A stretch of DNA of 64,000 nt from an uncultured Phycisphaerales bacterium (GTDB lineage Bacteria; Planctomycetota; Phycisphaerae; Sedimentisphaerales; Anaerobacaceae): NCBI GenBank assembly GCA_963772725.1, contig CAVYYI010000001.1:928001-992000 (forward strand). Direction: 5' to 3'. Below are positions 1-9,933 of this stretch, one piece after another. Each line of letters starts with the position of its first letter. Positions within the stretch are counted from its first letter, which is position 1. The position numbers and the translations under genes were made by a program. The notes under the pieces are model-generated. The model was given only the letters and a program-made list of their open reading frames with translations. It had not been told where the DNA came from and searched no databases.

Positions 1-85
1 TAAGGTTTAAAACATAAGCGTAAGTCCACAGGACAGCAAAACCACTCCGGTTTTATGTCTTGTGTGCTTACAGCTTGTCACTTCT

Positions 86-349
86 ATGCAAATTCATGAA
101 TTTCAGCAGTTAATTCTTGAAAAATACGGCAAACGTGACCGTGACAGAGGGATTCCGGCAACGTTTATGTGGTTTGTCGAAGAGGTTGGTGAGCTCGCTA
201 CGGCCTTGTCTAATAACGATATCAGAAATCGAGAGGAAGAATTCGCGGATGTATTCGCATGGTTATGCACGCTGGCTAATATAAGCGGCGTAGATATGGA
301 AAAGGCTATTGAAAAATACACCAAAGGAAATATTACCGGCTTCAAATGA
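86..349 (+). CDS. MazG-like nucleotide pyrophosphohydrolase
   Basis: EEVGEL...EEEFADVF motif of all-alpha NTP pyrophosphatases; ATG at 86 chosen over the GTG at 62. Confidence 0.85.
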   Translation: MQIHEFQQLILEKYGKRDRDRGIPATFMWFVEEVGELATALSNNDIRNREEEFADVFAWLCTLANISGVDMEKAIEKYTKGNITGFK

Positions 350-526
350 GAGGGTACAGGACGCAGGAAATAGTTGGCCCTGCGATTTATCGCGTGGTTA
401 ATTAGCGATTAAATATTCTTAAATTGCTACTTTCCTCTTAGTACGCGTTTAAGGCAGAAAAGCAAGAGTGTCAGGATTGCTGCCCAGCTAATAATCAAAA
501 ATATCCAACCGTCAAAACGCATAGCT

Positions 527-2074
527 TTATAAACTCCTCCGGTTGCGACGACGCCAAACTACCCAGACAAGAAACGCCAGAAGCGTAAAAAACACAGCCA
601 ATCCAATTCGTGTCCACATTACATAAGGAACATTCTCAGGCAAAACGTTTTTCATCCTGATAATCGGTATCCATTCCTGCACAAACCAAAACCCGAGAAT
701 AAACAGCAAAAAAGCTGGTGTAATGTATTTAATTATGAATCGATAAATGCGGGGTATTGTAATATCTGAGCCGACATGCATCTCAGACCACGCTTTATCC
801 ATTCCAAAAACCCATGCAAAAAGAATGGTCTCTATGGTGGCAAAAACTACCAGGCAAAATGTCCCTCCCCAGAAATCCATCTCATCTACAACACCTTTAC
901 CAAGCAGGAAAATCGCTGGCTGACATAATACAAAAGTTGTTACACCGAAAATTACGCTTGCTCTCTTTTTTGAAAAGTTAAATTCATCCTCGAGGAAAGC
1001 AATCGCCGGCTGTGCCAAAGAAATCGAAGACGTTATACCCGCCAGGAAAAGCAACATAAACCACATAAAGCCCAGGACGTTACTAAAAGCCATCTTCTGC
1101 AGGATAATCGGCATCGTAACAAAACCGAGGTCAAAAGCGCTGGAGCCAGCGATTTTGCTGATACCAGCCGACCCAAAAAAAGCAAATGCCGCTGGTATTA
1201 TGATACTCCCACCCAGAATAACCTCCGCCGTTTCATTGGTAATCGCCGCCGTTAAGCCGCTTAACACAACATCGTCATCCTTTGTCAGGTAACTCGCGTA
1301 AGTTAAAATAACGCCTATGCCCACACTTAATGTGAAAAAAATCTGTCCCGCGGCGGCAAGCCAGACCTTTGCGCTCTTAAGACCGGACAAGTCGGGATTC
1401 CACAAAAAACCAAGGCCGTTGGCTATATTATACTCCGGTTTTGCCACATCCGGTGTTCCGAGGCAGAAAATCCCAATAACCAGTATTATCGCAAACAGGA
1501 AAAGCAACGGCAGCGCATACTTGCAAACCTGTTCGATTCCCTTATTGATTCCAAAGCATATTATCACAATATTTAAAATAAATGTAATCAGAAAGAAAAT
1601 ATAATTTGGCCCGATACTACTGAAAAACTCATTTTTCACCAATCCCTGATAGCCCTGCAGGAACGCTGTCATACTCTCCTGCGTGGTACAGCCATTATAT
1701 TTACCCAGAAGCGCAAAGAAACTATAGCCTAACAGCCACGACTCAACATAGGTGTAATAAACAAATATAACTATAGGGCCAAAAATTCCTATTACGCCAA
1801 AGTATTTAATAAATCTGTTTTTGTTCCAGAGCGTATGAAAAATTCCCGGCGCGGTACTATGCTCAAAACCGCCGCCGAACCTCCCGATGGTCCATTCTAT
1901 CCACATTAACGGAATCCCGAGCAGCAGCAGCGAGATAAAATACGGGATCATAAATGCCCCTCCGCCGTTTCTCGCCGCCTGCACCGGAAATCTCAGAAAA
2001 TTACCCAGTCCGATGGCACTTCCCGCTACCGCGAGTATGATACCGAGTTTGCTTCCCCATTTTTCTCGTGCCAT
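527..2074 (-). CDS. Sodium-dependent transporter, NSS/SNF family
   Basis: REKW...GSAIGLGNFLRFP...NGGGAF and QIFFTLS motifs; about 12 hydrophobic segments. Confidence 0.93.
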   Translation of the reverse strand: MAREKWGSKLGIILAVAGSAIGLGNFLRFPVQAARNGGGAFMIPYFISLLLLGIPLMWIEWTIGRFGGGFEHSTAPGIFHTLWNKNRFIKYFGVIGIFGPIVIFVYYTYVESWLLGYSFFALLGKYNGCTTQESMTAFLQGYQGLVKNEFFSSIGPNYIFFLITFILNIVIICFGINKGIEQVCKYALPLLFLFAIILVIGIFCLGTPDVAKPEYNIANGLGFLWNPDLSGLKSAKVWLAAAGQIFFTLSVGIGVILTYASYLTKDDDVVLSGLTAAITNETAEVILGGSIIIPAAFAFFGSAGISKIAGSSAFDLGFVTMPIILQKMAFSNVLGFMWFMLLFLAGITSSISLAQPAIAFLEDEFNFSKKRASVIFGVTTFVLCQPAIFLLGKGVVDEMDFWGGTFCLVVFATIETILFAWVFGMDKAWSEMHVGSDITIPRIYRFIIKYITPAFLLFILGFWFVQEWIPIIRMKNVLPENVPYVMWTRIGLAVFFTLLAFLVWVVWRRRNRRSL

Positions 2075-2114
2075 ATTGCTTTTCTGATAAAGCTATCTGA
2101 ATGTGTCAGCGAAA

Positions 2115-2897
2115 TTATCGACTTATTCCGAGCAGGCTGAGCGTATCGCGTTCAATTATGCCTCGGATACTGCCCAGTGGTACATCCGGCAAATCCGTGT
2201 TCGAAAAAAACCTGTTGAAGCTGAGCAGCGATTCTATACAGGATGCCGCATCGCCCAGAGGAAAACCGCTTCCAAACAGCAGTTTATCCATCAGTCCGCG
2301 TTCATAAGCTGACAAAACTATATTGTAAATCTGCCATAAATTGGTTGGCTTTATAGACAGGTCCGCGTAAACATTTTGATGCTTGCTTATCATGGAAAAA
2401 GTCTGTTCCACAAAAGGCATGCCCATTGTACCAATGATCATTTTCAAAGATGGAAATGTCCTTGCGACCTCATCGAGCAGAAAAGGCTGTGCATAATCGA
2501 GGACAGCCCCCATATCGAGATGTCCGGAATTATGAAAAAACACAGGCAGACCGAGCTCCTGCGCAGATTCATAAAACTGCATGGCCATGGTATGCGCAGG
2601 ATGAAAACCACAGGCCGAACAATACAGCACAACACCTTTTAGTCCGATCTTTTCTGTTACTGATTTTAAATATCTGACGCTTATTCCATTTCGTGTCGGG
2701 TCTAAAACCGCAAAGCCAATGACTTTATCAGGATGACTTCCGACATACTCCGATAGTTTTTTATTTACAGTTTCATTTTCGCCGTCCGAAGAAGGTAACA
2801 CTATACATATATCTACCGGCTCGGCTGCTGCGAGATGTTCAGATGCACCAGCACCCTCAGAACTAAAATCTATATGTGTATGGCCATCAATTATCAC
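2115..2897 (-). CDS. Amidohydrolase_2 family protein
   Basis: IIDGHTH N-terminus, LPVFFH, FPSLKMIIG, KLLFGS; GTG start. Confidence 0.8.
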   Translation of the reverse strand: MIIDGHTHIDFSSEGAGASEHLAAAEPVDICIVLPSSDGENETVNKKLSEYVGSHPDKVIGFAVLDPTRNGISVRYLKSVTEKIGLKGVVLYCSACGFHPAHTMAMQFYESAQELGLPVFFHNSGHLDMGAVLDYAQPFLLDEVARTFPSLKMIIGTMGMPFVEQTFSMISKHQNVYADLSIKPTNLWQIYNIVLSAYERGLMDKLLFGSGFPLGDAASCIESLLSFNRFFSNTDLPDVPLGSIRGIIERDTLSLLGISR

Positions 2898-3173
2898 GAT
2901 TGAATGTCCTTAAACTTACTTCCTATTGAAAAACCGCTTGCCAATTAACTGATAATCAATAATCAATTATATTACCCGCGTCAAGCATAAAATTTGATAT
3001 CTAACTGTGTACTTCTGTAACAATTTATGCTAATTTAACAATGTTAGTTATGCAAAATAGTATCTCGACTCAGGTCGGGATTCCGCAATTTTGCATTTTG
3101 AACTTTGATTTTTGAACTCTTAAAGCGGCCATAGGCCCATTTGAGAAATTAACGATGCTTAGAGAGAAAAATT

Positions 3174-3560
3174 ATGAACTGCCCTGCCTGCAAAGAAGCT
3201 ATGATTACGCTCGAACTGGATGAGGTGGAAGTTGACTATTGTCCAGTTTGCTGGGGAATATGGCTTGATAAAGGAGAACTGGAGCTTCTGCTCGGGGATT
3301 CCGAACAGGCTAAACAACTGCTGGCCTCATTCAAGACCGCAGAAAATTGTTCTGAAAAGCCGCGAAAATGCCCCATTTGTTTAAAGAAAATGCACAAGAT
3401 TTTTGTCGGTGCTGAGGCGAACAAACAGTTAATAGACAAATGCCGCAAAGGTGACGGCCTGTGGTTCGATAAAGGTGAACTGAAAAATGTCCTTAAATCA
3501 GGCTCTTTCGACCAGCACGGCAAAATAGCCAAAACCCTAACCAATATCTTCGGTGGATAG
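3174..3560 (+). CDS. Tandem zf-TFIIB-like zinc-ribbon protein
   Basis: CPAC...CPVC-GIWLDKGEL repeated as CPIC...C-GLWFDKGEL. Confidence 0.8.
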   Translation: MNCPACKEAMITLELDEVEVDYCPVCWGIWLDKGELELLLGDSEQAKQLLASFKTAENCSEKPRKCPICLKKMHKIFVGAEANKQLIDKCRKGDGLWFDKGELKNVLKSGSFDQHGKIAKTLTNIFGG

Positions 3561-3790
3561 ACGAAAAAAGACACATGACGCAGGGAAAAACGTACAGCGT
3601 AGAGGCGAAAAAAACGAGATACTCTTCACAAGATACGAACGTATAATCTGATTTCCCGCAGACGCAAAGAGGCAAAGATTTTTAGGATTACGGTTGGCAA
3701 TCGAAAATTGAAATAATCTGTGTCTCTTCATGTTAATTTACTTATTGAAAGTTCTTTTATAAAGTAAGCGGGGAGGCTAAAATATATGCG

Positions 3791-5129
3791 ATGAGTACGA
3801 TAAATGAACAGGAACGGTTAGAGGCAATTCGGCAGCAGATAAAGAGTTTTCCGAACGGGCCGGGGCTTTATTTTATGAAGGACTCAGCGGATAAAGTACT
3901 TTATATCGGCAAGGCGAAAAACCTCCGCTCGCGAGTAAGCAGTTATTTTCAGGAATCCAGCGACCTTGCGGCATCTCGTGGGCCGAAAATTGTCGAAATG
4001 ATTAGCAAAATCAAAACGATTGACTGTCTCGAAACCGAAACGGAAGTCGATGCGATGCTCCAGGAGGCCCGGCTGATTAAAGACGTTCGGCCGGTGTATA
4101 ATACCGAACTGGTCGATGACAAAACTTTCCCCTACCTCGAAATAATAATATCCGAGGATTTTCCAGGGGTATATATGACCCGAAAGCCGCAACTTAAAGG
4201 CTCAAAGCTTTTCGGGCCTTTCACCGGTGCCAAAGACCTGAGAAATATTCTTGTGATGCTGCAAAAAATATTTAAATTCCGCACGTGTCGGCTTGATATA
4301 CGCAACGATGACCCGAAGCGAAAGTTTTTCCGGCCATGTTTGTTGCACAGCATAAAACAATGTGTCGCACCGTGTGCGGAGAAGATAAGTTATCAGGATT
4401 ACAAAAAAATTATCAGAGACCTCACAAAATTTCTCACATCGAAGCGTTCGGTAATACTTCGCGAATTAAATACGCAGATGGCGACGGCGGCCAATGCGAT
4501 GGAGTATGAAAAAGCGGCGATGCTCCGCGACCGAATCCGTCTTATTGAGAAAATAGACCGCCGGGGTACGCCCGACCTGGATGTTCAGCCTGAAGTTTTC
4601 GCCTCCGACCCCGCAAAGGCGCTTGATCGAGCTTCAAAACATATTGCAATATCCCCAGCCCATCAGAATCATTGAAGGTATTGATATCGCCCACATCGGA
4701 GGCACTGAATCAGTCGGCTCATTAGTCAAATTCATTGACGGCAGACCGTTTAAGGCTGGGTACCGCAGATTCAAAATCAAAACCGTTACAGGCATTGATG
4801 ATTACGCAATGATTGCCGAAGTTGTCAAACGCCGATACAAATATGCCGTGGCCGGTGAGGAACTCTGGCCGGACCTTATCCTAATTGACGGGGGCATAGG
4901 CCAGCTTCATGCTGCTGAATCCGCCTTTAAGGAAATGAACGCACCAGCCCCTAAAATAGCCGCCCTTGCGAAAAAAGAGGAAGAAATATACCTCCAGGCA
5001 AGCCCCAAGCCCTTGAAACTTCCTGCCAACTCCCCTGCCCGCAAACTGCTGCAATACGTCAGGGATGAGGCTCACCGCTTCGCCCAGCACTATCACCACC
5101 TTCTGAGAAACAAAAGGATGATTAATTAG
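3791..5129 (+). CDS. uvrC: Excinuclease ABC subunit C, short form without C-terminal HhH; +1 frameshift near 4625
   Basis: GIY-YIG (GLY...LYIGKAKNLRSRV), Cys cluster and UVR domain in ORF 3791-4675; RNase H-like IEGIDIAH...LIDGG...RDEAHRFA in ORF 4581-5129; frames join at PAKAL/IELQ. Confidence 0.9.
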
Positions 5130-5233
5130 AAGACCCAAGACACCAGACCCAAGACAAAAGGCGTGGAGCATACCGCGTAGAGCGTACAGATGGGATGTTA
5201 TCAATTTTTTAGTGTTTGATTGAAAATTATTGT

Positions 5234-5262
5234 TTGCCTTATCAAAAAAGAGGTATTATAAT
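5234..5262 (+). promoter_or_regulatory. Putative sigma70 promoter
   Basis: TTGCCT-N17-TATAAT. Confidence 0.5.
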
Positions 5263-5496
5263 ATATCTGGTTGCAGTTAAGGAGACTGGATAAAATAAGG
5301 AAGGTTTTTATTGAGGAGAAGGAATAAAAGCGAAATAGACCGGGGGCGGATTATCGAAATTTTGAGCAAACCTCTGGGTGGTTGAAAACGGGAAATATAT
5401 AAGATAAAGAAATTTTTTGGTTTGATTGACCGATAATAACATAATTATTTAAGAAATTGCGGCTTGTAATCCGACATATAAAATAGTGGTTTGTAT

Positions 5497-6000
5497 ATGA
5501 TAAGATTAGATAAAAGAAAAGTTTCAGGTCGTGAAAAAGACGAGGCTACTATCCATCTCCTTGAACGTCTCAGGGAGAAGCTCTATGCTGATAATCCATC
5601 AGCTGCACGACGCGCAGCACACCATTTATCCTGGATGCAGGAGGATGGCCTGGATATCCTTAAAGAAGCCCTTTTCAGCAGGATTTCTAGAACTGCCAAT
5701 ACTGCGGCCGCATACGGTTTGCGAAAAATGCACGGACGCATGAAAAAGGCAGCGATGGATGTTTTTAAAGAGGGACTCGAACATAATAACGGCAATGTAG
5801 TTGCGGTGTGCCGAAAGGCATTATTGCATGTAATTGAAAAAACACAAGATATATCCGCCGCAAAGAAGAGGCCGCCAAGAAAAACAAGGTTTGTGATTAG
5901 AGACATTCGCGCTAACGGGAATGTTGTTTCAAATCAATTGTTGCGAAGGGTAGAAAAGCCGCTGCGGAGAAGAGAAATTTTAAACGACTTCGATATTTAA
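5497..6000 (+). CDS. Hypothetical basic protein with HEAT-like helical repeats
   Basis: Open ORF with ARRAAHHL / AAAYGL repeat-like helices; no family recognised. Confidence 0.55.
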   Translation: MIRLDKRKVSGREKDEATIHLLERLREKLYADNPSAARRAAHHLSWMQEDGLDILKEALFSRISRTANTAAAYGLRKMHGRMKKAAMDVFKEGLEHNNGNVVAVCRKALLHVIEKTQDISAAKKRPPRKTRFVIRDIRANGNVVSNQLLRRVEKPLRRREILNDFDI

Positions 6001-6102
6001 CAATTGAAGTGTAAACCAATGGGGGTTGCGGTTCGTTTTTTTCTGGATACCTGCTTTCGCAGATATGACATAGTCTTGACTTTAATTTTACAGAAGTAAT
6101 TT

Positions 6103-7833
6103 ATGAAGAACGCCGTTATCAGCGAACTTTTCAGCAGGATGGCCGACGTTATGGAAATCCTCGGCGAGGACAGATTCCGCATCAACAGTTATAAAAAAGT
6201 CTCGCGGATTATAAGTGAAATACCTGTCGATGTTGAAACTCTACTGGCATCAGGCGATTTGGCGAAAACGCCCGGTATCGGGCAATCGAGCCTGGCTAAG
6301 ATTGAAGAGTTTGTGAAAACCGGCAAAATGACCGCTTATGAACAACTGATGACTAAAATACCCCCTACTTTGCTGGAACTGCTTAGCATACCAGGTATGG
6401 GGCCAAAAGGGGTCAAAACAATTTATGAGAACCTCAAGGTAACGAATATTACTGAACTGAAAAAGGCTATTCAGGACGGCTCTCTGATAGGGCTTGCGGG
6501 CTTTGGAGAAAAAAAAGCTGCAGCAATCAACAAAGGAATCGAATTTCTCGAAAAAGCAACAGACAGAATTCGCCTTGACCAGGCAGTACAGGCAGCTGAA
6601 ATTGTTACCGAATTTTTGAAAAAACAATCTGGTGTCAAAAAAATAATGACCGCAGGGTCGCTGCGCCGCAACGTTGAGACTATCGGCGACGTGGATATTC
6701 TTGTTGTCGCGGATAAGGGGGAAAAAATAATAAACGCCTTTACCAAAGCCCCCTTCGTTCAGGAGATACTCGCCGCCGGAGAAACAAAAGGTTCGGTTGT
6801 TATTCAGACTGAAAGTGTTCCGGTGCATGTTGACGTACGCGTTGTGCCGCAGGAAAGTTTTGGGGCGGCGGCGCAATATTTTACGGGGTCAAAACAACAT
6901 AATGTGCGGCTGCGGGAAATCGCGGTGAAAGCGAAGATGAAACTGAATGAGTACGGTTTATTTAAAAATGACAAGATGATTGCCGGCGCGACTGAGGAGG
7001 AAATTTATAAGAAGCTTGGTCTGGATTATGTAAGCCCCCTGCTGCGGGAAGACCGGGGGGAAATTGAAGCCGCAAAAACACATTCGCTACCGAATTTGAT
7101 TCAGCTCAAAGATATAAAGGGCGACCTTCACATTCACACGAAAGCATCTGATGGAAGAAATGAAATTTCTGAAATTATCGAGGCCGCTAAAGAACTTGGT
7201 TATAAATATATTTGCATCACTGACCATTCGCACTCATCGGCAATCGCCAACGGCCAATCCGCCAAACAATTGGCTAAGCAGATAGAGCAAATTCATTCGA
7301 TTAATGAGAAGCTCAAGGGTCTGACGGTTTTTGCCGGCTGCGAACTTGACATCCTCGCTGACGGGTCGCTTGATTTTGATGATGATTTGCTTAGCGAACT
7401 GGATTTTGTTGTCGCTTCGATACACTCGGGGATGGGAAGTGCGAGAGAAAAAGTAACAAGCCGCACGTTAAAGGCGATGGATAATCCTTACGTCAGTTGT
7501 ATTGCGCACCCGACCGGCAGGCTCATCGGCGAACGAGAACCGATGGATATAGATATAACTGCGATAATTAAGCATGCGGCTGAAACTCACACGGCACTTG
7601 AACTCAACGCTAATCCGCACAGGCTTGACTTGAAAGATATTCACTGCAAAATGGCTATTGAGGCGGGTGTCAAATTAAGTATCGCGACCGATGCTCACAG
7701 TGTTGGCGGTCTTAGCTTGATGAACTATGGAGTAGCTACTGCTGCACGAGGATGGGCGGGGAAATCCGATATTATCAATACTATGCCTGTGGAAAATTTC
7801 AAAGGTTGGCTTGCTGTAAAAAAAGCAACATAA
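6103..7833 (+). CDS. polX: DNA polymerase X / PHP exonuclease
   Basis: HhH PGIG/PGMGPK, AGSLRR..TIGDVD, YFTGSKQHN, PHP motifs DLHIHT..SDG, TDHS, TDAH. Confidence 0.95.
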   Translation: MKNAVISELFSRMADVMEILGEDRFRINSYKKVSRIISEIPVDVETLLASGDLAKTPGIGQSSLAKIEEFVKTGKMTAYEQLMTKIPPTLLELLSIPGMGPKGVKTIYENLKVTNITELKKAIQDGSLIGLAGFGEKKAAAINKGIEFLEKATDRIRLDQAVQAAEIVTEFLKKQSGVKKIMTAGSLRRNVETIGDVDILVVADKGEKIINAFTKAPFVQEILAAGETKGSVVIQTESVPVHVDVRVVPQESFGAAAQYFTGSKQHNVRLREIAVKAKMKLNEYGLFKNDKMIAGATEEEIYKKLGLDYVSPLLREDRGEIEAAKTHSLPNLIQLKDIKGDLHIHTKASDGRNEISEIIEAAKELGYKYICITDHSHSSAIANGQSAKQLAKQIEQIHSINEKLKGLTVFAGCELDILADGSLDFDDDLLSELDFVVASIHSGMGSAREKVTSRTLKAMDNPYVSCIAHPTGRLIGEREPMDIDITAIIKHAAETHTALELNANPHRLDLKDIHCKMAIEAGVKLSIATDAHSVGGLSLMNYGVATAARGWAGKSDIINTMPVENFKGWLAVKKAT

Positions 7834-7940
7834 ATGAATGAGACGAGGATACCTTTACAGGCCTTTGAAATCTAATCGTGGCTTGACTGGTATGGTAGCC
7901 ATATAGTCTCTTTAGCGATGGAACAAATCGTAAGGTCAAC

Positions 7941-9812
7941 TTAGCATTTATCAATGTCTATTTTGCCGAGGACGGAGAGGGCTATTTTGACGTTTCCGAA
8001 AGGTGCGCTGACGGCAAAGCCGGCTACGCAGGGGCCAATTTTTTCGAGCATTTCTCTTGCGATTTCTATGCCAATAATTTTACCTTGTTCTTTGGTTGTC
8101 GCCTTGCTCATTCTTTTGAGCAGGTTACCAGGCACGACCACACCTGGGACTTCGTTGGCCATAAACTCCGCGTTTTTATAACTCGTGAAAGGCCATACCC
8201 CTGCGATTACTGGTATAGAAAAATCTTTTACAGCATCGAGAAAATTTAAAAGCATATCGACATCGAACACCGGCTGGGTAATAGCGAATTCAGCGCCAGC
8301 CTGGACTTTTTGCCTAAAACGCTCCACTTCTTTTTTAATATCCGTGGCGACGGGATTGGCGCCGACACCTATCGCCATTTTTACAGGAGGTGAAAAACTG
8401 TTACCGCCGATATCTATGCCTCGATTGAGATTTCGCAGCGCAGCAGTCAGTGCGATTGAGTCGAGGTCGAAGACGCCTGTCGCATCGGGGTAATCGCCCA
8501 TTTTAGGCGGGTCGCCCGTAACGATGAGCATATTTTTGAGGCCGACAGCACAGGCGCCGAGCATATCGGACTGCATCCCGATAAGATTTCTGTCGCGGCA
8601 GCAGAAGTGCAGTACTGTCTCGATTGCAGCAAGCTGCTGTATCTGCATAGCTGTTACCATTGGCGAAAGTCTTGAACTTGCCCGCGGACCATCGGGGATG
8701 TTTATCGCATCGACATCCATCTCGGCGCACAATTTTGCTTTTTCGATTGTCGAGGTAATATCAATGCCTTTGGGAGGTGTCAGTTCGATTAAGGTTACTT
8801 TTTTACCTTCGGTTATTTTCCTGCCGAGTTCGGATTTCTGTGCCAGCGGCAAAGATTTTATGGATGGTTCTTTTTTGGCAGTCTCAACTGTTATAACACC
8901 GGCGGGTTTGGGTTTTGCTTTGTGGGCTTTGTCTATCGCTCTAACGGCATGGACGATTTGTTTTATATGCGCGGGCGTTGTTCCGCAGCAACCGCCGATT
9001 ATTCTGGCTCCTTTTTCATAAAATCTCTTGGCGTATTCGGCCATATATTCAGGGGTTGACATATAAAGCATTCGGTTATCGACGCTTCGAGGCATACCGG
9101 CGTTTGGCTGTACGGATACAGGCTTATCGATAATGTTTATCACACGCTCGAGGTTGCTTAACATTGCGGCAGGCCCGGTGGAGCAGTTGAAACCGACGGC
9201 AGTTACAGCGTCCTGGTCGGCAATTTTGCGGATAGCCTGTTCAACTTTCTCGCCGTAAATGGTCTCGTGGCTTTCCGTAACGGTCATCTGCGCGACAAGC
9301 TCAAGATTAGTTACATCGTGAACGGCGGATATTGCGATGAGCAGTTCTTCAGTGTTTGAGAAAGTTTCGAGGATAATAAAATCCGCGCCCGCATCGGCCA
9401 GGACTTTTGCCTGCCTGCGAAAAGCATCAGTAGTTTCCTGTCTTGTCAGGATACTGTATTCTCTCAATTCGCGCCCCAGCGGGCCTATTGCGCCAGCCAC
9501 CAGAACGGATTGCCCAGCGGATTCGATAGCAAGCTTCACGGCGGCGGCGTTAATTATTTCCACATCTTTGTTCAGGCCGTATTTGCCGAGTTTGAATTCG
9601 TTTGCCCCAAAGGTATTTGTCTCGATAAAATCGACGCCCGCCTTGACATAAGCATTATGAATCTCTTTTATTACTTCCGGCCTGCTCAGGTTCAGCTCGT
9701 CGAAGCAACTGTTCAGGAAGACGCCTTTCTCATAGAGCATTGTCCCCATCGCTCCGTCACCCAGTACCACATGCTTATTCAGCAATGCGCTTAGTTTTTC
9801 TTTTTCTGCCAT
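7941..9812 (-). CDS. yitJ: Bifunctional homocysteine S-methyltransferase / methylenetetrahydrofolate reductase
   Basis: DGAMGT, ETNTFGAN, GGCCGTTP (HMT) followed by ELTPPKG, CRDRN, TGDPP, TQPVFD (MTHFR). Confidence 0.92.
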   Translation of the reverse strand: MAEKEKLSALLNKHVVLGDGAMGTMLYEKGVFLNSCFDELNLSRPEVIKEIHNAYVKAGVDFIETNTFGANEFKLGKYGLNKDVEIINAAAVKLAIESAGQSVLVAGAIGPLGRELREYSILTRQETTDAFRRQAKVLADAGADFIILETFSNTEELLIAISAVHDVTNLELVAQMTVTESHETIYGEKVEQAIRKIADQDAVTAVGFNCSTGPAAMLSNLERVINIIDKPVSVQPNAGMPRSVDNRMLYMSTPEYMAEYAKRFYEKGARIIGGCCGTTPAHIKQIVHAVRAIDKAHKAKPKPAGVITVETAKKEPSIKSLPLAQKSELGRKITEGKKVTLIELTPPKGIDITSTIEKAKLCAEMDVDAINIPDGPRASSRLSPMVTAMQIQQLAAIETVLHFCCRDRNLIGMQSDMLGACAVGLKNMLIVTGDPPKMGDYPDATGVFDLDSIALTAALRNLNRGIDIGGNSFSPPVKMAIGVGANPVATDIKKEVERFRQKVQAGAEFAITQPVFDVDMLLNFLDAVKDFSIPVIAGVWPFTSYKNAEFMANEVPGVVVPGNLLKRMSKATTKEQGKIIGIEIAREMLEKIGPCVAGFAVSAPFGNVKIALSVLGKIDIDKC

Positions 9813-9871
9813 AATTACTACCTTTTTAAAACTCCTGGTATTTAGTCAAATTATGTGAAAAAAGCAACAAT

Positions 9872-9904
9872 AAAAAACCCCGCGGATAAGTCGCGGGGTT
9901 TTTT
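9872..9904. terminator. Bidirectional rho-independent terminator downstream of the enolase-like gene
   Basis: AAAAAACCCCGCG-gataagt-CGCGGGGTTTTTT. Confidence 0.85.
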
Positions 9905-9933
9905 CATTGCTAATTTTACACAAGCTGGTCTAA

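Noticed and set aside
9813..9933. SAM riboswitch before yitJ
   Set aside because: Only a terminator hairpin is present; no S-box core seen.
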